The notes beneath the pieces are model-generated. The model made no database searches, was not told the origin of the DNA, and was given only the letters and a program-made list of their open reading frames with translations. Shown here one piece after another: positions 29,071-38,133 of a stretch of 64,000 nucleotides of DNA. Both the position numbers and the translations under genes were made by a program. The stretch comes from an uncultured Candidatus Saccharibacteria bacterium (lineage in GTDB: Bacteria; Patescibacteriota; Minisyncoccia; Phycocordibacterales; PALSA-1337): assembly GCA_964412585.1 (NCBI GenBank), contig CAYPPJ010000006.1, forward strand, positions 31 to 64,030, written 5' to 3'. The stretch's first letter is position 1, and each line of letters starts with the position of its first letter.

Positions 29071-30171
29071 ATGAAACGCACGAAGCCCGCAGCAACGCTT
29101 CCCCCTCCTGCCGCAACGAGCCAAGCCCCGATCACGGCGGCAGCTCGGAAAGCAAAGGGGAACAGTCCTGCAAAGCCGGCTGCCGGCCACAAGCCGACAA
29201 CTGGTTCGAACCGACCCACTCCCCAGCCCAAAGCTGGAGCGGCCACCACCAAGACTACCGTCAAGGTCAGTACGACCTCGACTACAGGTCCCGGTAAAGG
29301 TGGTGGCAAGAAGCCGGCGGCTCGCAAGACCGCCACAACTTCTACTGCGCGCACGCGTCCGGTCAAACCCGGAACGCCGTCGCCGACCGCACCGAAAACC
29401 CCGACTAACCAGCCCGCCAAACAGCCTGCCAAAAAAGCTCGCAATTGGAGCTGGCTCTGGTGGATCTTGATTGCGGTGGCAGTCGCTGGCCTGGTGTTGT
29501 TTGTCTTGTCGAAGGTGTTCGGCCCCAAAGCCGCGACTCTTCCCAAGGCAGTGGTGGCGCCCGCCATCAGCAACAGCATCCCGGCGATCACGCCCACCAA
29601 CACGGTTGGTGCGGTAAGCAATGCCGTGAGCGCGGCAGCAACAAATATCGCTCCTTCGCTGGCGCCATCCGCGCCGACGAACGTCCCCGCCGCCGTCCCT
29701 ATCGCGATGAAGATCGAAGGGGATGGAAACAACGGCAACACGATGTTGGTGAATTATGGAACAGTCCATGTCACCGAGACCGTGGGCAACGCTTGGGCAA
29801 GCGTTGACGGTGGGCCGACAGCGGCATACCGTGGTCACCCCGCCCCAGTGGCTGCAGCGCCGCAAGGAACCTGGTTCCCTGCTGGCTGCCTCACCTGGAT
29901 GTCCGTCGAGGTCCCGCCCAACGAGCGGAACAAGGACACATACACTGTCGAGGTCAAGGTCGACCAAAAGCAGTGCATCAAAGTCCCTGTACCACCGCCG
30001 GGCTGGAAGATGTTCTACTCCTATCAGGCAAACGGGCCTCTGGAGAAGTTCATTGACGGAAAGCCAGTCGCGGACGGAAACCTCCCGTCAGGTGAAGTTG
30101 GGTTCTTTGGAGGACCCACGTGCACTGAGTGCACCCTGAAGATCAGCTTCAGGCACCTCATCAAAAACTGA
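29071..30171 (+). CDS. Hypothetical membrane-anchored protein with a long disordered Pro/Thr/Lys-rich N-terminal region and a C-terminal Cys-containing extracytoplasmic domain; high-GC island gene 3.
   Basis: WSWLWWILIAVAVAGLVLFVL TM helix; codirectional with neighbours; terminator downstream. Overlapping minus-strand ORFs rejected. Confidence 0.5.
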   Translation: MKRTKPAATLPPPAATSQAPITAAARKAKGNSPAKPAAGHKPTTGSNRPTPQPKAGAATTKTTVKVSTTSTTGPGKGGGKKPAARKTATTSTARTRPVKPGTPSPTAPKTPTNQPAKQPAKKARNWSWLWWILIAVAVAGLVLFVLSKVFGPKAATLPKAVVAPAISNSIPAITPTNTVGAVSNAVSAAATNIAPSLAPSAPTNVPAAVPIAMKIEGDGNNGNTMLVNYGTVHVTETVGNAWASVDGGPTAAYRGHPAPVAAAPQGTWFPAGCLTWMSVEVPPNERNKDTYTVEVKVDQKQCIKVPVPPPGWKMFYSYQANGPLEKFIDGKPVADGNLPSGEVGFFGGPTCTECTLKISFRHLIKN

Positions 30172-30187
30172 TCCTTGTTCGATTCAA

Positions 30188-30225
30188 AGCGCGCGGAATG
30201 GCAACATTCCGCGCGTCTTCTTTTA
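30188..30225 (+). terminator. Rho-independent terminator.
   Basis: GCGCGCGGAATG-GCAA-CATTCCGCGCG hairpin followed by a T-run. Confidence 0.6.
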
Positions 30226-30402
30226 TATACAAATATACGGCTCAACTGGAGGCTATTTTAGTGAGTAAATCATTGACATTTGGTACATAATGTGATACAA
30301 TTGATACATATAACACTGGTGCGTGTGCGGCACTAATGAAACTTGAAAAGGAATTCAAACCAACGTCATGAGCGCACAACATGACCTTATGGTACGAAAA
30401 TT

Positions 30403-31398
30403 ATGAAAAAAGAAGCTGAAGAAAAGCTGGTGGCAACACCAGTTCCCTATCGTCGTACATTGGCGAGGAAGTTGTTTGTCTTGACCGGTAACCTGGTCAT
30501 GATCGCATACTTCATCGTCTTGTCCGCGTGGGGACTCGAGTACATCACACCGTTTGCTTTTGGAGCATGCGTCTTGCTGATGTGCTACATCTCTGTCATC
30601 CTGATGTTTTTCGTCAAAGGATACATGATGTTCATCGCCCCGGTGCGCGAATTATGCGCCGGAGTTCTAACCAATCTGTTCTTTGGCCGTAAGGCACCAA
30701 AGACAGATGTTGAAAGCCTGAGTCTCGATTCGATACCATCGATCGAGGAAGTAGGCTGGGGAGTATGGAACTGGAAGTTCCCTTGGCAGTCTGTAACGTA
30801 CGTTGACCTCAAACGCCACATCCCTGTCGGCGGAACAGAAGGAATTGGGTACACGAAAGACCAAGTGGAAACACCGTTCATGTGGAAAGGCTCCGTAAGG
30901 GTTCCACAGGGATACTGTGGGACACTAGTGCGTATTGGGGACGAGGCCGCCATTAGAATGGCTGAAGCATTGACTGACGCCGCAGTTGCGGAAATGATCA
31001 ACAAGGTCAAGTACAAGCAGCTTCCCTCCAAGCAGACTCATCTTGCATACAGCCTCCGGGAATACTACGAGGGGGATGGCAACATGAGCGCACGAGAAGC
31101 GGGGATCGGTCTCGCTATCGAGAAACTGGTACTCAAGTACGCCAAGCGTAGCAAGCGCGTACAAGATGCCGCTGAACTTGAAGTTCAGGCTGATAGCGTG
31201 AACGCATCAGCGGAGCGACTCATGCTCCTAGACCAAGATACACCTCCTGAACGGCGGATGACTGGCAAAGAAGCAGTCGATCGCGTCCTCACCCTCGCAG
31301 GCCAAGGAAACTTGCGCGTTTATGAGGGCCTCAAAGGTGCCGAACCTCTGATCGAGCTGGAGGATGGTCCAAGAAACAAGAAAGGTGGAAAGGATTGA
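30403..31398 (+). CDS. Hypothetical membrane protein (two N-terminal TM helices plus a cytoplasmic domain); high-GC island gene 4.
   Basis: LFVLTGNLVMIAYFIVLSAWG and FAFGACVLLMCYISVILMFFV hydrophobic segments. Confidence 0.45.
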   Translation: MKKEAEEKLVATPVPYRRTLARKLFVLTGNLVMIAYFIVLSAWGLEYITPFAFGACVLLMCYISVILMFFVKGYMMFIAPVRELCAGVLTNLFFGRKAPKTDVESLSLDSIPSIEEVGWGVWNWKFPWQSVTYVDLKRHIPVGGTEGIGYTKDQVETPFMWKGSVRVPQGYCGTLVRIGDEAAIRMAEALTDAAVAEMINKVKYKQLPSKQTHLAYSLREYYEGDGNMSAREAGIGLAIEKLVLKYAKRSKRVQDAAELEVQADSVNASAERLMLLDQDTPPERRMTGKEAVDRVLTLAGQGNLRVYEGLKGAEPLIELEDGPRNKKGGKD

Positions 31399-31400
31399 TT

Positions 31401-31910
31401 ATGGCCGACGAGAAAAAAAATGGATTCATTATTGATGCCGCCATCGGCGGTATCAACCTCGAACCAGATTCGAAGCTGAAGTGGTATGTTCGCGCAATTG
31501 CTGGCAAACCACAACAGATCGGTCTCGGTGTACTGTTCCTGCTCATTGTCATCACGGTGTGGTACTTCCGCACGTTCGGCCTAGCCGGACTACTGAAGAA
31601 CTACGACCGTTGGCACACGGGCAACAACGAGCCCTTGTCTTCACGGCAGGCATCCGTACCTACCATTACCATAACCAAGGGTGTGTGGAGTGAAAAAGTT
31701 GACTCATCGGGCCGTTCACTCGATGAACTTAACATCACTCCGCCGGTACGGCGGGCAGTCATGGTGAACGGAGATCCGAACAGGATCTATCACCTCACAG
31801 CACAAAATGACACGACCAACCTCGGCAATGACGTAAAGTCGTGGCAGTGGATGATTGAGCCGGATGAATCCGTCTCTGTCGCCACGGTCGAATACCGACT
31901 ATCACGATAG
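31401..31910 (+). CDS. Hypothetical single-TM protein; high-GC island gene 5.
   Basis: IGLGVLFLLIVITVWYF TM; stop of the previous gene overlaps the start region; terminator downstream. Confidence 0.4.
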   Translation: MADEKKNGFIIDAAIGGINLEPDSKLKWYVRAIAGKPQQIGLGVLFLLIVITVWYFRTFGLAGLLKNYDRWHTGNNEPLSSRQASVPTITITKGVWSEKVDSSGRSLDELNITPPVRRAVMVNGDPNRIYHLTAQNDTTNLGNDVKSWQWMIEPDESVSVATVEYRLSR

Positions 31911-31925
31911 GACGTGACCAAGCAA

Positions 31926-31960
31926 CTGGCCTGGAAGGTAACACTTCCAGGCCGGCTTTT
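31926..31960 (+). terminator. Rho-independent terminator.
   Basis: GCCTGGAAG-GTAACA-CTTCCAGGC hairpin followed by a T7 run. Confidence 0.6.
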
Positions 31961-31999
31961 TTTATACACTTTTTATTATAAAGAAAATAAATGCTAACC

Positions 32000-32287
32000 C
32001 TATACACTATTGACCGTATTCGCAACCAGATTGATGATGCCCCATGCAGAGAGCATAATAAACATACCGATAAGACCTCCCCACATGCTCTTCTTGCCAC
32101 GATCATGCGCTTCCCCACCCGGCTCACCCCAAATCACTTGGAATACACCGTAGACAAAAACTACGACTGCAACTGCGAACATAAGTGTGATAACCGGATT
32201 GACAATATTATCAATTATTGGATTGACTACCTTGCCAACTGCATTAGCATCAATCTCGGCATGCGCCACCTTGAGAAACGGTAACAT
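32000..32287 (-). CDS. T4SS-pilin-like (TrbC/VirB2-like architecture) small membrane protein, paralog 1 of 5.
   Basis: Signal-like N-terminus, two hydrophobic helices separated by a short charged loop (GEPGGEAHDRGKKSMWG), 95 aa. Confidence 0.45.
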   Translation of the reverse strand: MLPFLKVAHAEIDANAVGKVVNPIIDNIVNPVITLMFAVAVVVFVYGVFQVIWGEPGGEAHDRGKKSMWGGLIGMFIMLSAWGIINLVANTVNSV

Positions 32288-32298
32288 AATCTATGGGA

Positions 32299-32661
32299 TT
32301 ATGGAGTAATCTGTCGAGGATAGTTGATCTGTGGGAACTGGCTCGTCGGAGCATTCGTATCAGTACGGAATGTGTTGGTCAGGATTCGTACAAGGCCCCA
32401 GATAGAAAGGATAACGAAAAGACCGACAATGCCCCACAAAATACCCTTGCCAATCTCTTTGCGTGCATCGGCATTTTCGCCAGCCATGATGTATCGAACT
32501 GCCAAAATGATGATGTAGATGACAGCGACCGCAATGAGAATCTCAATGACGACGTTGCCGATGTTGGTGAGCTTATAGGTCAGTGAATTGACATCCGTAA
32601 TAGCCTGAGCCGAAGCGATAGCTGGTGTCAATACTGCGAGAGTTGCTAATATTTTCTTCAT
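32299..32661 (-). CDS. T4SS-pilin-like small membrane protein, paralog 2 of 5.
   Basis: MKKILATLAVLTPAIASAQA signal, then two TM helices with loop AGENADARKEIGKG. Confidence 0.45.
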   Translation of the reverse strand: MKKILATLAVLTPAIASAQAITDVNSLTYKLTNIGNVVIEILIAVAVIYIIILAVRYIMAGENADARKEIGKGILWGIVGLFVILSIWGLVRILTNTFRTDTNAPTSQFPQINYPRQITP

Positions 32662-32748
32662 GATAATTGTTTAACTATGATTAATGTTGCTGATAATTAT
32701 ACCTCGTATCTTAGAACATGGAAAGTTGACCTGTGGACTAATACCATT

Positions 32749-33348
32749 CTACGGCTCCTGGCCTCGTGGATTGTTAAGCTCGCCATCTAGTTGAGTTGCA
32801 GAAGTCGGGTTATACTCATGACCATATGGATCGAAAGATCCCGTCGGAGAAACGTTCGAGCCACTTCCATTCCCAGGAGTTGTCGGTCCACTTCCGGCCC
32901 CATTGAATGTTGGTGTAGTTGGACCACTTCCTGCTCCATTGAATGAAGGAGTAGTTGGGCCACTTCCGGAACCACCAGCACTTCCTCCAGGGAAGATGTT
33001 CTTAAATGATGTCCATGACGCTGGCTGGTTTGATTCGTTCTGAAGACCAAAGGTGTTTTGAAGAATATTGACCAATCCCCAGAAAGACAAAACAACAAAA
33101 AAACCTATAAGGCTATACATTACGTATTGACCAGCATTCTTTCTATCTTCGTTCGGCTTGATGAAATATTGGATGATATACCATACGAATATAACAACAG
33201 CCAATCCAATGAGAAGAACGAGGAACTGGTTGAGGTAGCTGATAATGAGGTCAATAATGTAAGCCAGATTCTTTCCTGCGGCAAAGGTGATGGCAGGTGT
33301 CAGAAGTGCTATGGCCGTTACGATATGGATCGAAAGATTTTTTTTCAT
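32749..33348 (-). CDS. T4SS-pilin-like small membrane protein with C-terminal GAGSGPTTP tandem repeats, paralog 3 of 5.
   Basis: Signal peptide, two TM helices with loop KPNEDRKNAGQ, repeats NGAGSGPTTP(S/T)F x3. Confidence 0.45.
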   Translation of the reverse strand: MKKNLSIHIVTAIALLTPAITFAAGKNLAYIIDLIISYLNQFLVLLIGLAVVIFVWYIIQYFIKPNEDRKNAGQYVMYSLIGFFVVLSFWGLVNILQNTFGLQNESNQPASWTSFKNIFPGGSAGGSGSGPTTPSFNGAGSGPTTPTFNGAGSGPTTPGNGSGSNVSPTGSFDPYGHEYNPTSATQLDGELNNPRGQEP

Positions 33349-33368
33349 ATTAATGTATAAAATAATAA

Positions 33369-33788
33369 TTACTTGGTGAGTGCTCCTCGAACAGTATTGA
33401 TAGTGTTCGGGTCGACACCAGACGAAGCCAGTGTATTTATAACCACCTCAACAATCACTCGAGCACCAATAACGACCGCCACGCCGATAACAATCCAAAA
33501 CAACCACTCTTTGAGCTCCTTCATCTTCGATGCGTCTCCTCGGGCCAAGATGAACTGCAAACCAACCCAGACCAAGAGTAGTACGGCAATGATGATAACC
33601 ACGTAGCTAAATATCTCAACGAAATTCTGGACGAGGCCTGAAATAGAATCTACCTTGAGGGGGTTTGAGAGAGTAAAAGTACGAGGCGTATCTGATGACG
33701 TTGCCCCAAGCAACAGTGATGGTATGCCCATAAATCCGACTATGGCGGCAGCGACCTTTGTGTACTTGGTTTGTAGAAAATAATTCAT
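33369..33788 (-). CDS. T4SS-pilin-like small membrane protein, paralog 4 of 5.
   Basis: Signal-like N-terminus, two TM helices with loop ARGDASKMKELKEW. Confidence 0.45.
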   Translation of the reverse strand: MNYFLQTKYTKVAAAIVGFMGIPSLLLGATSSDTPRTFTLSNPLKVDSISGLVQNFVEIFSYVVIIIAVLLLVWVGLQFILARGDASKMKELKEWLFWIVIGVAVVIGARVIVEVVINTLASSGVDPNTINTVRGALTK

Positions 33789-33800
33789 GAAAAGTTCTAT

Positions 33801-34337
33801 TTATGGACTACCTAGCAATGACTTGAACGCAGGATTACTGCTCAACCAACTCAACACTTGATATACGATAAACCACGCCGACAGCATAATTATAAACCCA
33901 ATGAACACTTTGGGAAAGATGGACTTTGCCTTACTAATGTTCTTTTCCTTGCCACTTATCATCAAACCTCCTGCATAACTGAACATTAGAATAGCTACCA
34001 ATACACCCACAACCATCATGATATTGATGAGGTGCTGGATGAGGAGCATCACCGCATTGAAGTCACAAGGCACATAGGAGCGACCGCCAAGATCGGCTTC
34101 TGCCTTTTTGATCAGATCAGCGTTCGGTAGAGTTGGCCCATCGCACACTGCTATTTTGAACGCTGAACTACTTGGATTTGTCGAAGGCTCAGTGAGAGGG
34201 GTCTGCATCGTCTGCGTAGGAACTGCAGTAGGAGGTGGGGGTGGCGGATTTGCAGGCGCAGGAGTCTGAGCATAACTTATATAGACTGGAGCTATAGTAA
34301 GTGCGGACAGAACTATAAATTGAGCAAATGTTTTCAT
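33801..34337 (-). CDS. T4SS-pilin-like small membrane protein with a proline-rich linker, paralog 5 of 5.
   Basis: Signal peptide, PPPPPP linker, two TM helices with loop SGKEKNISKAKS. Confidence 0.45.
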   Translation of the reverse strand: MKTFAQFIVLSALTIAPVYISYAQTPAPANPPPPPPTAVPTQTMQTPLTEPSTNPSSSAFKIAVCDGPTLPNADLIKKAEADLGGRSYVPCDFNAVMLLIQHLINIMMVVGVLVAILMFSYAGGLMISGKEKNISKAKSIFPKVFIGFIIMLSAWFIVYQVLSWLSSNPAFKSLLGSP

Positions 34338-34344
34338 GGAGTAA

Positions 34345-35644
34345 TTACTGCAATGCTTGTCTCAATATAATATCATACTCGTCACCGGCATCTTGGATGG
34401 CTTGGTACCTACTCTTTGCTCCACTCGTAATATCCGCGATCATATTGCCAAAAATATCGCGCGACTTTGTAGGATCGGCATCAAGCCAGGTCTTTGCGGT
34501 CAATGCGGCTTCATTGAATATGGTTATATAAGGATCACTTGAACCTTGAGCGATGACATCACGGCGTACCGTTGGAAGATACATGGTCTTGTTGAGTTCA
34601 GAGAGTATTGAAGGATCGGTCAAATATGAAATGACCTGGAAGACGGCCGTGGCGTTAGGAGAACTTCGTACAATAGAAAATGCATTCATGCGAGCATACC
34701 CTGCCTTTATACCTCCGGTGCGAATCTGCGGCAGCGGTGCTACATCAAAATTGAGGTTGGGATTTTTTGTTTGGATATCCTTGAGTTCGGAGGCAAAACC
34801 AAAGTACGTCGCCAAGCTTCCAGCCAGAAAAGCTGACTTGGAGGCAGGCATGCCTCTGTTCCACGAATAATCTGGGCTTGCTGGATCTACAAACTGGGTA
34901 AAGAAATCGACCGCAGGCGTAGGGTCAGCACCTCGAGATGTTTTGAGCGTGCTCTGGATAAATCCGTCTTTATCAGTGCGCGTAATCGGATTGCCCGCTT
35001 GGAGAATAAGAGAAGCCAAGATCTCTCGTGCATTGCTGACATTGGTAAAATCACCGAGTGCAATCGCCGACTTGCGGATATTTCCATTTGTATCCTTTGT
35101 AGTGAGTTTTGCGTTAAGTCCGGTAAATTCGTCCCAATATTTCGGGTACGCTGCAATACCGGCAGCATTGAACATGTCACGATTCCAATACATAACCAGA
35201 GGATCGACAGTAAATGGTATAGCGATGATTCCCGCTGAATTGAGATAAATCGTCCCTTCCTCGATGAAACTGTCAATAAAGGTGCGCTGTGGTAGTGCGG
35301 TAAATGGGATAGCTGCCAGCTTGTCGTAATGTGGTAGCAACATGTCCGCAGATATGAGGACACCATCCGGACCCTGCCCACGAGCAAGCGCTGCGACAAA
35401 CTCCTGCGAAAATGTTGCGGCCGACTTTTGAACATATCTCACGGTAATAGGTTGCGAGAGTACCGTATTGACCTTGGCTACATAATTGTTGAATGTATCT
35501 GCAGGGAATGTACCCCAGAATGTAACTGCGGGAATCGTCGTGCTCGCCGAATTTCCCTTGTACATAGCAAAGGCCGCCACTCCAGCAACAAGAAATATTA
35601 CGAAGAGTACGAGCGTGATAACTTGGAATTTGGTAATTTTCATA
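34345..35644 (-). CDS. ABC transporter substrate-binding protein (family 1, sugar-type), N-terminally anchored.
   Basis: N-terminal TM anchor then a periplasmic-binding-protein-like two-lobe sequence pattern; size about 430 aa. Confidence 0.55.
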
Positions 35645-36163
35645 TCAGTTTCGTGTAAATACAAGACCATAATGATGATCCCCTGCACCAAACGAATCTT
35701 CCAACTTAAAACCATTTTTTTCGAACAGCATCTGGGCCTTCATGGCGGGAACCAATTGTTTTGGACTTAATGCACTGACTTCACTCCAGTCGATGACCAT
35801 GACCTTACCGCCCAGTTTGAGAATACGCTTTATCTCCAAACAAAAATCATCAGGTTTTTCAATCTGAAATAACACGTTAGAAGCGATGACACGGTCAGCA
35901 ATAGCCTCGCGGAGCTTGGTGCCACCAATCTTTTCTGCATTGCCCCAGACAACTTCAATATTTCGCACACCCTGTGTCGAAGCATTTGAGCGTAGGCGTT
36001 CGAGGAGATTTTTCTGCACATCTACTGCATACACACGCCCACTGGAGCCGACTTTTTTGGCAGCCTCAATACTGTAGAATCCGGAGCCTGCGCCCAAATC
36101 GACTACCTTCTGCCCGTCAGTAAGGCCAAATTTTGCAAGATTAGCTGCAGGATCAGAGAACAT
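35645..36163 (-). CDS. Class I SAM-dependent methyltransferase.
   Basis: VVDLGAGSGFYS motif I and a downstream acidic motif. Confidence 0.7.
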   Translation of the reverse strand: MFSDPAANLAKFGLTDGQKVVDLGAGSGFYSIEAAKKVGSSGRVYAVDVQKNLLERLRSNASTQGVRNIEVVWGNAEKIGGTKLREAIADRVIASNVLFQIEKPDDFCLEIKRILKLGGKVMVIDWSEVSALSPKQLVPAMKAQMLFEKNGFKLEDSFGAGDHHYGLVFTRN

Positions 36164-36408
36164 GGGTTAATTATACCCTATTGACGAGTGGCCAAGAAAT
36201 GGGGTTTGGGGACAAATAGCTACAATTACTTTGTTAGAAGCGAAGATGGGATCGGTGTAAGGGATTCGAAGCTTACAGCTTCGGTACAGGTTTCGTATTT
36301 TTTCGGAGCACAGCTCCTCAAAAATATACTCAACCTCTTCGAATCCCTCACGCAAAGCACGCAGGTGCTTTGCCACTCTCCGTCATTCGCTCGTTTCACT
36401 CGCTCAGT

Positions 36409-36494
36409 GCGGAGGGTGAGGGATTCGAACCCTCGATACCTTGCGGTATACACGCTTTCCAAGCGTGCGCACTAGACCACTATGCGAACCCTCC
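36409..36494 (-). tRNA. tRNA-Ser(GGA) with a long variable arm.
   Basis: Reverse complement gives GGAGGGT...CACGC-TTGGAAA-GCGTG...extra arm...GGTTCGAATCCC...ACCCTCCG. Confidence 0.75.
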
Positions 36495-36594
36495 AAATGC
36501 AAGAGATTGGTACTAAAGAAATATAGCAGGGAAAATGCATTAACACCAAACTTTTTTCTCGTATCCCTAATCTCCAATTACTAATCTCTGCCCC

Positions 36595-37488
36595 CTACCA
36601 CCTACCGCTGGCTCCGCCGCCGCCCGAACTCCCCCCTCCAAATCCACCGAAACCTCCGCCGCCGCCACCGTACCCACCAAATCCCCCACCGAATCCACCA
36701 AAAAGACCTGGGCCTCGACCGCCAGATGACCTTTGAGAAAATATAAAATCGAACAACAGTCCAAACACAGCAAGAGCGATAATTGAAATAATGCCCGTGT
36801 ACATAAAACCGGCAAACAATCCGATAACAACACCAGCAATCGCGCCAACAAGACCGCCAAGCCACCACGAGGCAGTGCGGCGGAACTCCCACAACAGAAA
36901 ATTGATCCCAACAAAAAATAGAATCTGTACCGGACCTTTGAATAGCAGCCCCTCAATACCTGTAAGTTCAGACGGACTATGCTGCGTCGCCTGGCCAACA
37001 ACATCATCAGGTGCGCCGAGAATCGGTACAAGCGAGTCGACTGCGTCTGACAATCCTTGAGCATAATTACCCTGTGCAAAAGCTGGGGCTATATCGTTTC
37101 GAATAATTTCGTCTGCCTGCAAATCGGTAAGCGCTGATTCGGCACCATACCCTGTTTCTATCTTAACTTCACGCTCCTTGAGTGCAACGAGAAATAATAT
37201 GCCCGTATCATACTGGGCATCACCTATCTTCCATTCTTCAAAAAGTTTGAGAGCGTAATGTTCGATAGTATCTCCTGCGAGTGTGGGTATGATCGCGACT
37301 GTTACCTCATAGCCCGGGCCATCGCGATATATGGCATCAAGTTTCGCTTCAATATCTTTTTTTTCTTCTCCTCGTAGAACGCCAGCAAAATCATTTATAA
37401 AGCCAGTAGGACGCCCAGGATTGGTGTACGCAAAAACACTGACAGGAATAAACAGTCCGATACACATCATGATCAAGGTCTTTTTCAT
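36595..37488 (-). CDS. TPM-domain (YgcG-like) membrane protein with a glycine-rich C-terminus.
   Basis: TPM phosphatase-like domain, TM helix, GGFGGGFGGYGGGGGG tail; downstream of lemA as typical. Confidence 0.6.
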   Translation of the reverse strand: MKKTLIMMCIGLFIPVSVFAYTNPGRPTGFINDFAGVLRGEEKKDIEAKLDAIYRDGPGYEVTVAIIPTLAGDTIEHYALKLFEEWKIGDAQYDTGILFLVALKEREVKIETGYGAESALTDLQADEIIRNDIAPAFAQGNYAQGLSDAVDSLVPILGAPDDVVGQATQHSPSELTGIEGLLFKGPVQILFFVGINFLLWEFRRTASWWLGGLVGAIAGVVIGLFAGFMYTGIISIIALAVFGLLFDFIFSQRSSGGRGPGLFGGFGGGFGGYGGGGGGFGGFGGGSSGGGGASGRW

Positions 37489-37516
37489 CGAGATAGATGC
37501 ACGAGCTCTGCACAGA

Positions 37517-38074
37517 TTACTGGAGATTGACCTTAGGTGCAGTTGCCGCGCCAGCCGCTGCTTCAAAATAGCTTATCGGATCAAATCCGAATAGTGACGC
37601 AATCACCGAACGTGGGAATTGCTTGATACCAAGTTGGTACGCTTTGACCGCCTCATTGAAACGACCGCGTTCAGCATTGATACGATTTTCTGTGCCTTCA
37701 AGTTGAACCATCAGATCGCGTACAGTCGCTGAAGACGTGAGGGTTGGATAATTTTCCATAACTACCAAGAGCCTACTCAATGAAGACTCGAGCTCCCCTG
37801 CTGCTACAGCCTTTTCAGAAACCGTCTGCGCACCTGAGTATCGAGTACGAGCATCTGCAATAGCGGTAAAAATAGTCTGCTCTTGTTTCATTGATCCCTT
37901 GACCGACTCGACCAGATTTGGGATAAGGTCGAGACGTCGCTGATAGTCAGCTTCAACCTGATGCCATTGCGCAGTAGTTGATTCGCGGAGCGTGACCAAC
38001 CCATTGTATGATGACCAGCCATAGAGAACTACAAGAATGATAATAACCAAGATAACAATAAATGTTTTTTTCAT
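37517..38074 (-). CDS. lemA: LemA family protein.
   Basis: N-terminal TM plus YNGLV..R........W..V...YQRR.DLIPNLV LemA signature. Confidence 0.75.
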   Translation of the reverse strand: MKKTFIVILVIIILVVLYGWSSYNGLVTLRESTTAQWHQVEADYQRRLDLIPNLVESVKGSMKQEQTIFTAIADARTRYSGAQTVSEKAVAAGELESSLSRLLVVMENYPTLTSSATVRDLMVQLEGTENRINAERGRFNEAVKAYQLGIKQFPRSVIASLFGFDPISYFEAAAGAATAPKVNLQ

Positions 38075-38133
38075 ATTGATGTAATACGGTACAGATTATT
38101 CGAAATAATAATAGTGCTCACAGGTAATCTCTA

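Noticed and set aside
28968-29967. Two long minus-strand ORFs (257 and 307 aa) overlapping the + strand gene at 29071-30171.
   Set aside because: The region is very GC-rich, which yields long spurious ORFs on several frames. The translations are Arg/Gly/Ala-rich and low-complexity. Only the + strand gene is codirectional with its neighbours and has a TM helix, an extracytoplasmic domain and a downstream terminator.
36167-36475. Overlapping ORFs of 69, 95 and 78 aa between the methyltransferase and tRNA-Ser.
   Set aside because: They overlap each other on both strands and cover tRNA-like fragments, a hairpin and the tRNA-Ser gene itself. No RBS or coherent coding signal is present.
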